Shown piece after piece: positions 16,481 to 26,048 of a stretch of DNA of 35,193 nt. The stretch comes from a virus (taxonomy: Duplodnaviria; Caudoviricetes). The notes beneath the pieces were generated by a model that made no database searches, had not been told where the DNA came from, and saw only the letters and a list, made by a program, of their open reading frames with translations. Position 1 is the stretch's first letter; each line of letters starts with the position of its first letter. Made by a program: the position numbers and the translations under genes. The DNA lies in the IMG/VR virus record IMGVR_UViG_3300048819_000127, positions 1 to 35,193 of that record, one strand, 5' to 3'.

Positions 16481-17409
16481 CTACCGTCCTCTCAGGCAAC
16501 TGGTACGCGAGCTCTGGGCAACCTGCGCCCTCGGCAGCACTTCAGTTCACTGACGCTAGCGGCGTCAATAACCTGTTGACGTTCTCTGTCGTCAAAAGCG
16601 AGAACTGGGATGAGAACGCGGAGGTGACAGAGCATCCTGTCGAGGTCGGCGCGAACGTCGCCGATCACGTGAGGGTCTCGCTGGTCAAGTGCGAGCTGAA
16701 GGTGTTCAACACCAACGAGCCGATCGGCCAGAGCCAGCAGATGGGCAGCTACGTCGACCAGTCCGCGCGTGGCCCGCTGTCTCTTCCGGTGCCGGTTCCA
16801 TCTTGGAGCTCAGGCTCTCTCACGCTGAATTATCCCGTGTGGGACAACCCGATCCTCGAGCGCGCAGCGCTCCAGGCCGCGACGGGGGCCATCGGAAACG
16901 CGGTGGGTGGCGCTACTGGCAGCGTTATCGGTGCTGCGGTGGGTGGGCTTGCAGGCGCGTTGCTGCTGAAGGCGCACGCCAGCACCAAGACACAAGGGAC
17001 AAGTGCGGGTCTCGAGAACGTGGCGCAGCCTGCGCCACCGTTCTTCGTCGACCAATGGCCTGGCCAGACGGACTACGTCCAGAACATGCACACATTGCTC
17101 GTGAACCTCAAGAATACGGCGCAGGTATTCACGGTGCTGGGTACCAAGAAGACGCTCACGCCAATGGTGATCGAGACCCTATCGTTCTCGCGAACGAACG
17201 AGACGGGCTCTGGCGAGGACGTGACGATCGGCCTCAAAGAGATCAGGCAAGTCAGCACACAGACGGTCACCGCACCGATCCCCAACCTCTCTGCGGGTGG
17301 GGGGAAACCTCCCGCGGCCCACGGTGGACAGGACCCAGTGCCAACGACTAGCGAATCTGCTGTGCACGTGGCTGTCGCAGCTGGGCAGTCATTTTTGGGT
17401 GGTGGCTGA
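16477..17409 (+). CDS. Dit-like baseplate/tail-tube initiator protein
   Basis: A.VTEHPVE.GANVADH motif and M.I..L...R......V.I.LKEIR.V; follows the tape measure. Confidence 0.8.
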   Translation: MTTVLSGNWYASSGQPAPSAALQFTDASGVNNLLTFSVVKSENWDENAEVTEHPVEVGANVADHVRVSLVKCELKVFNTNEPIGQSQQMGSYVDQSARGPLSLPVPVPSWSSGSLTLNYPVWDNPILERAALQAATGAIGNAVGGATGSVIGAAVGGLAGALLLKAHASTKTQGTSAGLENVAQPAPPFFVDQWPGQTDYVQNMHTLLVNLKNTAQVFTVLGTKKTLTPMVIETLSFSRTNETGSGEDVTIGLKEIRQVSTQTVTAPIPNLSAGGGKPPAAHGGQDPVPTTSESAVHVAVAAGQSFLGGG

Positions 17410-17849
17410 TGTCCATCCTGACGGTACCGACGTGGTCTGACCCGAGCTGGACTCAGTCCACCACTTTCGAAGGAACGAAGTATATGCTCGAGTGCGACTA
17501 CAACCAGCGAGGGGCGTGCTGGTACCTGTCGATCGCGGATCAAGACGGCGTCGACATCTACAACGGGATCAAGCTCACCGTCGGCCCGATCCTCCTCAAG
17601 AAGTGCAAAGACCCTCGCCGTCCGCCTGGTGAGCTGATCGTCGTGTCGAACACGACCGACACCACGCCGCCGGGGCTGTCGGACCTCATTCAAGGCACTG
17701 GGCGGTGCGGGCTCTACTACATCACTAGCGACTGGGTGGCCATCCTGTCGAGCGGCAACGCTGCGGCTATCGCTGGAATCACCACGCAGATTCAGGCTGG
17801 CGGAAACGCTTCCTCGGCCATGTCGAACTACGGGCAGCCAGGGAATTGA
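17409..17849 (+). CDS. Baseplate plug-like protein
   Basis: EG..Y.L...YNQR...WYLSI.D.DG..I..GIKL..G motif. Confidence 0.75.
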   Translation: MSILTVPTWSDPSWTQSTTFEGTKYMLECDYNQRGACWYLSIADQDGVDIYNGIKLTVGPILLKKCKDPRRPPGELIVVSNTTDTTPPGLSDLIQGTGRCGLYYITSDWVAILSSGNAAAIAGITTQIQAGGNASSAMSNYGQPGN

Positions 17850-17874
17850 GCGGGAGCCCCGCTATCTTTCCCCC

Positions 17875-18171
17875 ATGAAGGTCCGCAACTCCATCAAGCA
17901 CATCAAGAGCAAGACGCCTGCCGCGCCGACGCCGGCAAAGAAGGCTTCTCCGCCTGCGCCTCCGAGCAAGTTTGAGCTTCGGAACGCGAAGACTGCGTTT
18001 GATGGACATAGCAAGTTCGCCGCTGAGTACGCGGCGAAGGCGGCGGAGGCCACTGACGTGGGCGACGAGCAGAAAGCCGCGGAGTTCGCGGCCATTGCGG
18101 CTACGCACAAGGCTGCGTCCGAGACCTACGCGAACGTTCTCGCCAAAGCTCCGAAAAAGAAGGCTTCCTAA
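17875..18171 (+). CDS. Small Lys/Ala/Pro-rich basic protein
   Basis: Own GCTATCTT box 6 nt before ATG; inserted between baseplate genes. Confidence 0.65.
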   Translation: MKVRNSIKHIKSKTPAAPTPAKKASPPAPPSKFELRNAKTAFDGHSKFAAEYAAKAAEATDVGDEQKAAEFAAIAATHKAASETYANVLAKAPKKKAS

Positions 18172-18201
18172 AGTAGGATTCGGCTATCGCCGCACGTCGC
18201 A

Positions 18202-19221
18202 ATGGCTCTGCCGACGTCCCTCCTATTCAATCGTTTTGCGCAGATCACGATCGGCGCGAACACGGGCTACCAGACGGGCGCTTCGCAGTCAGTCTCTCAG
18301 CAGGGTGGCGTGCAGATCACGTACATCGGCGGGATGACGGGGCTGGACCTATGGTTCCAGATCAAGCGCTCGCTCAAGCCGAAAGAGCCTTCGACGTGTG
18401 ATCTCAAGATCTGGAACCTCGCCGACAGCACTCGCCAGGCCATCAACGCGTTTACCAACACGGGATTTCAGGCTGGCGGCGCGCCACCAGGGTCGAATAC
18501 TGGTGGGCTTAGCACGACCATCGTACCCGTGAAGATCGTGGCTGGCTATGTCGGCAACATCTCCACGGTATTCTTGGGCAACATGAGGAGCGCGCAAACG
18601 GTCCAGGACAATACAGACCTCGTCACCGAGCTCAACACGGGTGACTCGGACGAGTCCACGATCCTCGCTCGATCGTCTCGGTCTTTCCCGCCTGGCGCCA
18701 ACGCATACAACGTCGCGCTGTCGATCATACAGAATGACATGGGTTGCGGGATCGGTAACATCGCAAGCGTCCAGGCCATCCTCGCGGCGTCGCCACTTTT
18801 CAAGAGTGGTGCGATCGTGAAGGGTAACTCGATGGAGCACTTGTCGGACATCGCGACAGCATGCGGGCTCGAGGTGAGCGTGCAGGGAGGAGCGACGCAA
18901 TGGGTGACGGCGGGCCGTCCGCTTGGAGGTCAGGCCTACCTACTGAGCTCGGGCGATACCGCGACAAGTAGCGTCAACACTGGTCTGACTGGCTCACCCA
19001 CGGTGGACACCAAGGGGGTGCTGCACGCGGAGTGTCTGCTTCTTCCTGGCCTTGCACCAGGGCAGCCGATCCAGATTGACGCGAAGTTCGTGCAGGGATG
19101 GTTCCGTATTTTGAGCCTGGAGCTAAAGGGCGACACGAAGGGAACCGATTGGGGATTTTCTATCGAGGCAGGTCGCATGCAGATCGGCCCTAACCAGCCT
19201 TGGCTTGGAGTGGCTCCGTAG
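18202..19221 (+). CDS. Baseplate hub protein
   Basis: F.IKRS..P.PST..LKIWNL...TR, AGY....VF.G, TGL.GSP, CLL.P.L.PG and GDT.G.DW motifs. Confidence 0.85.
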   Translation: MALPTSLLFNRFAQITIGANTGYQTGASQSVSQQGGVQITYIGGMTGLDLWFQIKRSLKPKEPSTCDLKIWNLADSTRQAINAFTNTGFQAGGAPPGSNTGGLSTTIVPVKIVAGYVGNISTVFLGNMRSAQTVQDNTDLVTELNTGDSDESTILARSSRSFPPGANAYNVALSIIQNDMGCGIGNIASVQAILAASPLFKSGAIVKGNSMEHLSDIATACGLEVSVQGGATQWVTAGRPLGGQAYLLSSGDTATSSVNTGLTGSPTVDTKGVLHAECLLLPGLAPGQPIQIDAKFVQGWFRILSLELKGDTKGTDWGFSIEAGRMQIGPNQPWLGVAP

Positions 19222-19964
19222 TGCGTAGGAAGAGGACACTGTCACAGGTCGTCACGGCTGCGACTGAGTCGCTCGTGGGTGCCATCTATGTCTCGTGGCC
19301 TGGCAGTGTGATCGCATACAACTCTGCGACACAGACGGCCGACGTACAGCCCACGCTCACAGACGTCAGATTCGACCCTGACTCTGGACAGCCCTACGCA
19401 GAGCCTTGGCCGGTATTCTACGGCGTGCCCGTCATGTGGCCTCGTGGAGGAGGAGCGACACTCGCATTCAATCTGAAGGCAGGCGACAGCGTCAACCTGA
19501 TCGGGTGGGACTACGACCCCAAGTCTGTCATACAGCCTAACGCCGGCTCCCAGACATTCATGCCGACGGATATCCGTAAGCTGGCGGGTCACGCGTGGCG
19601 GGCCATCCCTGAGGCGCTCTTCCCGCTACCAACGGCAGAAGCCACTGCGGCACAGGCGGGCTACCTGCTTGGACTTGTCGGCGACCCTTCGCAAATTCAG
19701 GGCGTACCTGGGAGCCTGCTCCTTGGTGCGGGGGCGACCATTCCGGTAGCCTTGGCGACACCGCTCACCACATTCTTGACGGCGCTCAACACCTGGGTGA
19801 CGGCCGTGACGGCAGCCGCGACGGCTGGGTCTGGTGCTCCAGACCCGACGGGAGCGAAGTTCGCTGCCTTTGCGACCGCGCTTGCTGGGCTTGGCCCAAG
19901 CCTAGAATCGGCCATCTCGACCGCGAAAACGCAGACCCCTGCCACGGTCGCGAAGGCGAAGTAG
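19221..19964 (+). CDS. Baseplate central spike (Gp138-like N-terminal OB domain)
   Basis: PG.VIAYN..TQTADVQP...GVPVMWPRGGG..L.F.LKAGD.V; start placed at the GTG overlapping the hub stop. Confidence 0.8.
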   Translation: MRRKRTLSQVVTAATESLVGAIYVSWPGSVIAYNSATQTADVQPTLTDVRFDPDSGQPYAEPWPVFYGVPVMWPRGGGATLAFNLKAGDSVNLIGWDYDPKSVIQPNAGSQTFMPTDIRKLAGHAWRAIPEALFPLPTAEATAAQAGYLLGLVGDPSQIQGVPGSLLLGAGATIPVALATPLTTFLTALNTWVTAVTAAATAGSGAPDPTGAKFAAFATALAGLGPSLESAISTAKTQTPATVAKAK

Positions 19965-19982
19965 CCGGCTACCTTTGCAGCC

Positions 19983-20363
19983 ATGGGCATCACGACGACG
20001 CAGCGTACTTCTAGCGGAGATCTGGTGGTCCCTAGAGTGATCGTCACTGACCCAGCGTCGGTGTGCGTCCAGCAGATTTCAGACGGCTTCGCCCTTTGGC
20101 AAGGGAGCTGGTTTCTCGACACCTCAGCGGGATTCAACTGGCTACTCTACATGGGCCAGAAGATCCTGAACGCTAACCAGTTGATCAACGCGATACAGGC
20201 CTTCCTGCTAAGCGTCAGTGGCGTTGTATCGATCATCAACGTGACTGCAGTGTTCAACCAGGCGGTGCGAGCGTTCAGTTACGAGTATGCTGTGACCTTC
20301 CAGTCTGGGGCCACGATCACGGGCAGTTCGACCAACCCTCCCAGCGTTACTGGGGGCAGCTGA
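19983..20363 (+). CDS. Baseplate wedge / sheath initiator (gp25-like)
   Basis: Q.I...F.LWQGSWFLDTSAGFNW...GV.SI motif. Confidence 0.8.
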   Translation: MGITTTQRTSSGDLVVPRVIVTDPASVCVQQISDGFALWQGSWFLDTSAGFNWLLYMGQKILNANQLINAIQAFLLSVSGVVSIINVTAVFNQAVRAFSYEYAVTFQSGATITGSSTNPPSVTGGS

Positions 20364-20364
20364 G

Positions 20365-21900
20365 ATGCCGGTTTATGGCGTGTCTCCCGCGGGCTACGCG
20401 GTCCCACCGCTCGCGACTATCCTCGCTGGTATCCAGGCGCAGATCCTTTCGACGGTCGATCCTGGCCTGGATCTTTCTCCCGCCACACCAGACGGGCAGA
20501 TCGCAGGAATCTACGCGGCGTACGCGGCATCGCTCTGGGAACTCGGTCAGATCATCTACAACGCCTACAACCGACAGGACGTCGAGGGTGCGGGGCTAGA
20601 CAATCTTGGAGACATCACTGGCACGCCGCGAGAGGGCTCGACCTTCTCCGAAGTCGTCGCGACCCTAGCTCTCCTGCCAGGCGTCTATGCTGCCAGCACG
20701 TGGGACCCCACGAGCGGAGCTCTCACGAGTGGAACGTTGGTGGCGAACGTCGAGACGAGCGCCAGTCAGCAGTTCGCGAACACTACGGCACTGACGGTAG
20801 TACTGCTCGCGGGCAACGTCGAGGTCACCGCTGGCAGTGCGGTCATCAATTTTAGCGTCCTGCAGACGTTGGACGCGGGGACACTGCTCATCTTCACGAG
20901 CCAGAATACCGTAGCGTACGAGCTCTCGTCGACGATCATTGCCGCCGCGTCGGCGATCCTCACCGTCCCGTACAATGGCACATCAGAGGCGGCCACGACG
21001 GTCACGCCAGGTACGATCGCTCTGTTCGCGTCGGTCACGATCGGTGCGACCCCCACGGTGAACGACGGAACGCTCACTGAGATTACGACCCCTGTGACTG
21101 GCTGGCTCTCGGTCAACAACCCGTCGATCGGATCGTCCCCAAACTCGTCTCAAACTCAGGTAGGACAGGACGAGGAAACGGACAGCGCGTATGCGCTACG
21201 CCAAGAGCAGGAAGTTCCTGCAGACGGTGGCTGCACGGCATCGGCGACGGCCGCTGCACTGATCGAGCTTGGCGCGAACCAGGTGCCACCCATCAATCTG
21301 GTGGTCTTCGTGCTCGAGAACACGACGAACGCGCCGCTCGTCGTGGACGAGGTCACGCTGCCGCCACACTCGTTCGCCCCCATCATCTGGGCAGGCGGAG
21401 CCACGTGGCCGCTGGCCGCTGGACAGACACTCATCGCCAACACAATTTATGAAAACACACCCAACGGGATCACGTCCTTCGGAGAGACCACGGTCGGGGT
21501 CGACGACCCGTACCTAGGCGAGCAGCTCATTAGCTACTCTGTGCCTACGGGCATGCCGCTCTATGTGACGGCCATCGTGGTGCCTAGATCTGGCGTGATC
21601 TGGGCGGACCTTGTCTCCTCCATCCAGGGGGCTCTCGTGGCAGCCGCGGTCGCGCCTACGCCACCGGGTGAAGACCCGCCTGTCGGGCAACTCGCGCCAG
21701 GCACACCAGTCGTGTATTCGCAGATCTCCGCGGTCATCATGTCTGTCCCTGGCGTGTTCGACATGCAGCTCTTGGCGTTCGGGTTCACTCCGTCGCCCAC
21801 CAACATCCTGCCGCTCCTCGTGGGTGCGACCCAAATTGCGACGATCGCTCCGTCGACTGTCGCGAGCAACATCCTGATCCTTCAAAGCATCGGGCCGTAG
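20365..21900 (+). CDS. Baseplate J-like protein with inserted module
   Basis: YGVSPAGY, TPDGQI.GI, G.GLDNLG.ITG..R, TPVTGW.SVNN, G.DEETD...R and ENTT...LPPHSF motifs. Confidence 0.9.
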   Translation: MPVYGVSPAGYAVPPLATILAGIQAQILSTVDPGLDLSPATPDGQIAGIYAAYAASLWELGQIIYNAYNRQDVEGAGLDNLGDITGTPREGSTFSEVVATLALLPGVYAASTWDPTSGALTSGTLVANVETSASQQFANTTALTVVLLAGNVEVTAGSAVINFSVLQTLDAGTLLIFTSQNTVAYELSSTIIAAASAILTVPYNGTSEAATTVTPGTIALFASVTIGATPTVNDGTLTEITTPVTGWLSVNNPSIGSSPNSSQTQVGQDEETDSAYALRQEQEVPADGGCTASATAAALIELGANQVPPINLVVFVLENTTNAPLVVDEVTLPPHSFAPIIWAGGATWPLAAGQTLIANTIYENTPNGITSFGETTVGVDDPYLGEQLISYSVPTGMPLYVTAIVVPRSGVIWADLVSSIQGALVAAAVAPTPPGEDPPVGQLAPGTPVVYSQISAVIMSVPGVFDMQLLAFGFTPSPTNILPLLVGATQIATIAPSTVASNILILQSIGP

Positions 21901-21903
21901 CCC

Positions 21904-22542
21904 ATGGCCAGCCCGCTTTTCAATGGGTTCGTGGTCCAGCAGGCGCTCGCGCGTCTGACGGGTCAGTTCCAGCAGCCTACTATCCGCGCTCTGTTGGCGG
22001 CATACATGCAGCCGCTGCAGGCGCTCGAGGCTTCCTTCTTCGAGATCCTTGAGGCACGCGTGCTGTCGACGGCGATCTTGTACGACCCGCCTGAGACGAA
22101 CAGCGTGCTCGACGATATCGGTGCACTCGTGGGGGTCAAGCGATCCGGAGCTGGCGGCCCCAACCCGCAGTCCGACTTTCACTACCAAACGCTGATCTAC
22201 CTGCAGATCGCTGTGAACAAGTCGACGGGCCGCATCACAGACTTCTCTGACTTCGGAAAAATACTCACGCCGTTCTGCGAAACCATGCAGTACGTGCTCG
22301 GCGACAACGCCGACTTCATGTTCTGCCTGTTCGACGTGACACTGTCTGCGATCCTGATCGCTAGGCAGCTTTCGCTTGCGGTGCCGAACGGCGTCTACGG
22401 GTTAATCGCTTTCAGCACGTGGGCGGAGGGGAATGATTTCGAGTTTACGTGGAGCGGTGACACCACGGTCGGTGAGGCTGGATGGGGATGGAGCTCTGAC
22501 ACGTCGAAAGGCGGCGTCATGGTCGCTGGCTTCGCCCTCTAG
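21904..22542 (+). CDS. Baseplate wedge protein (DUF2612-like)
   Basis: RL..QF..P.I.ALL...Q.LE, LDDIGALVGV.R and D..Y..LI..QIAVN.S.G motifs. Confidence 0.8.
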   Translation: MASPLFNGFVVQQALARLTGQFQQPTIRALLAAYMQPLQALEASFFEILEARVLSTAILYDPPETNSVLDDIGALVGVKRSGAGGPNPQSDFHYQTLIYLQIAVNKSTGRITDFSDFGKILTPFCETMQYVLGDNADFMFCLFDVTLSAILIARQLSLAVPNGVYGLIAFSTWAEGNDFEFTWSGDTTVGEAGWGWSSDTSKGGVMVAGFAL

Positions 22543-22560
22543 GTACCTTTTGGAGACAAG

Positions 22561-24402
22561 ATGAACAAGATCACCTTCGGATGGGGCGCAGTCAATTCTC
22601 AACCAGGATCGTTTTCGTATCCGACGCAGACGTATCCTGGCTCGCCAGGCACTCCGTTCGAATGGTCCGGCTCGAGCACTGGCGTGGCTCCTGCGGCGTC
22701 GTACTTCACTCCAAATACGAAGCCACCTGCCGATGTGATGAATTACCTGCTCGCTCAGGTATCGACTGACCTTCTGTATCTCGCTGAGTTCACGTCGCAG
22801 TCGCCCGCTAGCACTACGATTGCGTCAGCGTCGAACGGTGCGTCCCTTCCTACCGGGACGATCCATGTGCAGAGCACGAACGGTTTTGCGAGCTCTGGCA
22901 GCGGTACTACCGCCGTATTTGTGCTCACGTCGGCCGGACCACAACAGGTGACCTATACGGGTATCACCGCAAATACGTTCACCGGATGCTCGGGCGGCAC
23001 GGGCACGATGGCCACGGGCAATGCGGTGGGCGGCACTGACAGTGCTGGCAACTCATGGGGCGCCAGCTTCGTCGGTCCTGGGGGTACTGCGCTCGCATTC
23101 GGAACCCAGCGCGCGTGTGGCGTGGCCGCAGTCGGCGGCGTCGACAACGGCAACGCGTTCTACGGCCAGGGGTACGGAACCGGCTACGGGGCGGAGCTCT
23201 TCGGTGGCGGTGTCGGGGTGGGCGGAGGTGGACTGATCGCCACTGGTGGAGGATCTGCCGGCGTCGGCGTCACTGCTCAGGGGAGCGGTACGGGTGCTGG
23301 AATCACTGCATCTGGAGATAGCCGTGGTACGGGTGTTGGCGGTGCGTTCTTCGCTGGGCAGGGCGGCAACGCTGATGGGCTCACCGCCCAGGGCAACGGT
23401 GGCGGCGCCGGCGGTGCCTTCCTTGGCGGCATCAACGGTCCAGGCATCACCGCCGAGGGAGGCTCCGGTAACTACGCCGGCGTCTTCACCGGGAACAACT
23501 CGAGCGCCATCAGTGCGAACGCGGGAGGCAGCGCGGGCGACGGCATCGACGCGTTAGGAGCGGGGACGGGTGTCGGCGTCTTCGGGCTGGGTGGCTCGTC
23601 AGGCGGCGGAGGAGGCACGAATAACGTCGACGGTGCCGGCGGCTATTTCGCCGGTGGCGGCTCTGGCGCGTTTGGCGCGATCGGCGTCGGCGGGGCGAAC
23701 GGCCCAGGGCTGCAGGGCTTCGGTGGGACGGGTAACTCGGTCGGGGTGTCTGGGCTCGGAACGGGGACCGGGCCTGGCGGCAACTTCACGGGTGGGGCGG
23801 GGGCCGATGCCCCGGGGCTCTTCGGGACGGGCGGCTCCAGCGGAGGGCCGGGGGCAGTGTTCCAGGCGACGGGCTCTTATGCCGGGATGACGGCTACAGG
23901 CGCCGGAGGGGGCGCGGGCGGCACGTTCCAAGGCAATGGGGTGGGCAACGGAATCAACGCCACAGGTGGCTCCGGTGCGGGCTCCGGGGCGGGAGGCGCC
24001 TTCACTGCCGGCACTTCATCGAATGATTCGATCGTAGGCATCGGAGGGCCCATCTACCCGAACTGCTCCGCGCCTACTTCGCCTGTCGCGAACCGTTTAT
24101 ACAAGGACAATATCCCGAAGGCATTTCTGTATGCCGTAGGCACGTCTGGCGCTATATCCACTGACGTAGGAATGAATCTTAGCGTATCTGGCACAAATAG
24201 CACATCAGTGCTACTGGCGTTCAATACGCCTATGGCTAACGCGAACTATGCGGTTATGGCCACGTGCTACCAAACAGGTGTGGGCGGCGCGGCGTGCGGT
24301 CCGTACAACCAGACCGCTTCAGGGTTTGAGGTTGGCGTCGATGGTTTCAACCCGTCAAGCACCTCGTTCACGCTTTCTATCGTAGTCTTCGGGCAACAGT
24401 GA
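22561..24402 (+). CDS. Tail fibre with Gly-rich repeat shaft and C-terminal receptor-binding-like domain
   Basis: KPPADVMNYL baseplate-anchor motif; long G-hydrophobic-x-x-x-G repeats; C-terminal F.TPMANANYAV...TASGF domain. Confidence 0.8.
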   Translation: MNKITFGWGAVNSQPGSFSYPTQTYPGSPGTPFEWSGSSTGVAPAASYFTPNTKPPADVMNYLLAQVSTDLLYLAEFTSQSPASTTIASASNGASLPTGTIHVQSTNGFASSGSGTTAVFVLTSAGPQQVTYTGITANTFTGCSGGTGTMATGNAVGGTDSAGNSWGASFVGPGGTALAFGTQRACGVAAVGGVDNGNAFYGQGYGTGYGAELFGGGVGVGGGGLIATGGGSAGVGVTAQGSGTGAGITASGDSRGTGVGGAFFAGQGGNADGLTAQGNGGGAGGAFLGGINGPGITAEGGSGNYAGVFTGNNSSAISANAGGSAGDGIDALGAGTGVGVFGLGGSSGGGGGTNNVDGAGGYFAGGGSGAFGAIGVGGANGPGLQGFGGTGNSVGVSGLGTGTGPGGNFTGGAGADAPGLFGTGGSSGGPGAVFQATGSYAGMTATGAGGGAGGTFQGNGVGNGINATGGSGAGSGAGGAFTAGTSSNDSIVGIGGPIYPNCSAPTSPVANRLYKDNIPKAFLYAVGTSGAISTDVGMNLSVSGTNSTSVLLAFNTPMANANYAVMATCYQTGVGGAACGPYNQTASGFEVGVDGFNPSSTSFTLSIVVFGQQ

Positions 24403-24405
24403 GCC

Positions 24406-24792
24406 CTACGGGCTAGGCATACACGACAAGGATGCCCCGCAAGACAGATCGGCGACGCAGTTACCCTCAGCCCCGACCGAAGCTGTCGGTTGCGGGAAGT
24501 ACTCCGACCCGTATCCCGGTCCGTACGCAGCGGCGCAGCACGGCTGATCTTTATTTCCACAGGCCTCGCATACGAGGCTTGCCGAGCACGGCACGCCCGC
24601 AGACTGAAGACACGCGTAGAACGCCCCGGTACCCATCACATTCGAAGCGTCTACCTGTATCTGTGCGCAATGGCTACCGATCGTACCCACCGCGTCGACG
24701 TGCTGATCTCCTTCTTGATCAAGAATTGTCGACGTCGCCCCGCTGCAGCCTGAGAGGAACAGTACTGACGCCAGAACGAAGGGGCGCATCAT
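24406..24792 (-). CDS. Cys-rich lipoprotein moron
   Basis: MMRPFVLASVLFLSGC lipobox; CG.KDQPCC...C...L.C....C motif; reverse strand next to the tail fibre. Confidence 0.7.
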   Translation of the reverse strand: MMRPFVLASVLFLSGCSGATSTILDQEGDQHVDAVGTIGSHCAQIQVDASNVMGTGAFYACLQSAGVPCSASLVCEACGNKDQPCCAAAYGPGYGSEYFPQPTASVGAEGNCVADLSCGASLSCMPSP

Positions 24793-24915
24793 GGTGCCAC
24801 CGCCAGGCCTGCATCGTTGCAGACCGCCAGCGCATCCGAGCACCCACCCGTCTACTCCAGTGGCTCCGCCACACGCAGCCAAACCAAGCACAAGCATCGC
24901 AGCAACCGTCTTCAT
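24789..24915 (-). pseudogene. Short lipoprotein gene with a 1-nt frameshift, now fused in frame to the downstream lipoprotein
   Basis: LAAC lipobox; removing one G after VD gives VDGGCSDALAVCNDAGLAVAP* whose stop overlaps the next ATG. Confidence 0.5.
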
Positions 24916-24938
24916 GGTCTCACCCGCCTCTCACTACT

Positions 24939-24966
24939 ACTATAGCCACCTAGACAAGGTTGTCAA
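24939..24966 (-). promoter_or_regulatory. Near-consensus sigma70 promoter for the lipoprotein moron
   Basis: TTGACA-16 nt-TATAGT on the minus strand; inverted repeat GACAA-GG-TTGTC overlaps the -35. Confidence 0.7.
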
Positions 24967-26021
24967 TCCGTCGGGGGCAGGAAGGAAGGGCTGTCCACGT
25001 CGGGGTACATCGACAGCGTGTCGCCGAACCGCGGGAATACGGAGTCAAGGTGCCGAGTGAATCCGGCCCAGTCCTTCGAGATCTTCATCAGCGCCACGAC
25101 GGCGTATAGATGCTCTCGCAGGCGAGGGTGCCCAAGGTCTTCGGTCAGCGACTGGAACAGCTTCGCCCTCGGCTTCCCAGCGTCGTTCTTCGGCGTGACG
25201 CGCTTGAGTTCATCAAGCACTCCGGGGGCAAGTCGGGCATACACGACGTCCTTCGTGTAGTGGGCGATCACCCCTGGACGCTTCACGGAGTCTGGCGTAT
25301 AGGGCCATGCGTTGAGCCGGAAGATCTCTTTATAGAAGTCGGGTGGAAACGTCCTGACCCACTTGCCCAACTCTTTGGCGATAAACTTCTCTAGGATCTT
25401 CGCGAGCGCATCGCGCCCACGATCGGCCTGATGTCCGGTCGCTTCATCAATGAGCGCAACGATTCCAACGCGAACCAGGCCCTTGTAGAGGGTCCTCGCC
25501 GCGTCAGCGAGGCGCCGCTGTCCCGGTAGCAGCGAGTTGGCCCTCTCGGCCTCCATGATGGCTTCGCAGATGAGGGCGAGCAGGTCGGCGTCGTACGCGT
25601 AGGCATTGTTCCCTCCGCGGGTCCGATAAACCAAAGGGGAGCGCAAAGTATCGAATAATTCAGCGGAAATGAACGACGCCAAGCGGGCGTTCGCCAAAAA
25701 TGGCGGGAATCCTCGCAACTCTTGAGGGGAGCCTTGATTTGCGCCCTTTTTCCGAGATCCGAACGCGGCATTGATGCCCGCCACCGTCAATACCCGCTTC
25801 TCATTGTCGAGCACGGCGCAGGGGATGCCGCCAACAGCGAGAACCCCCGAATGGGTCTCCTTCGGTAGGTCCGTGCCCCATCTGGCCATGGCCGCCTTCT
25901 TTGCGACGCTCCTACGCTCCTCGGGGCTCATTGCTTGGGCCCTCGCCAGACCTCCCTTCGATGCGCCCAATGCGGCCATCGCCTGCGCGTGCTTGTTCTT
26001 GCCGTCTTTTTTGCCTGCCAT
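24963..26021 (-). CDS. P63C-domain protein
   Basis: GASKGGLARA..MSPEERR.VAKKAA.ARW, IPCAVL...RVL, VGIVALIDEATG.Q..R, W.RTFP.DFY.EIFRL..W and KLFQ.LT.D.G.P.L motifs; AAAGGA SD before ATG 26021. Confidence 0.9.
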   Translation of the reverse strand: MAGKKDGKNKHAQAMAALGASKGGLARAQAMSPEERRSVAKKAAMARWGTDLPKETHSGVLAVGGIPCAVLDNEKRVLTVAGINAAFGSRKKGANQGSPQELRGFPPFLANARLASFISAELFDTLRSPLVYRTRGGNNAYAYDADLLALICEAIMEAERANSLLPGQRRLADAARTLYKGLVRVGIVALIDEATGHQADRGRDALAKILEKFIAKELGKWVRTFPPDFYKEIFRLNAWPYTPDSVKRPGVIAHYTKDVVYARLAPGVLDELKRVTPKNDAGKPRAKLFQSLTEDLGHPRLREHLYAVVALMKISKDWAGFTRHLDSVFPRFGDTLSMYPDVDSPSFLPPTD

Positions 26022-26048
26022 GCTTATCGTTCCTTTCTTACTGGTGCA

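Noticed and set aside
17850-17870. Rho-independent terminator GCGGG-AGC-CCCGC-TATCTTT
   Set aside because: Short stem and interrupted U-tract; the T-rich part is better explained as the recurring -10 box 6 nt before ATG 17875. A dual role is not excluded.
23140-24030. PE_PGRS-like or collagen call for the Gly-rich tract
   Set aside because: No PE domain and no Gly-X-Y periodicity; position and N-terminal anchor motif indicate a tail-fibre shaft.
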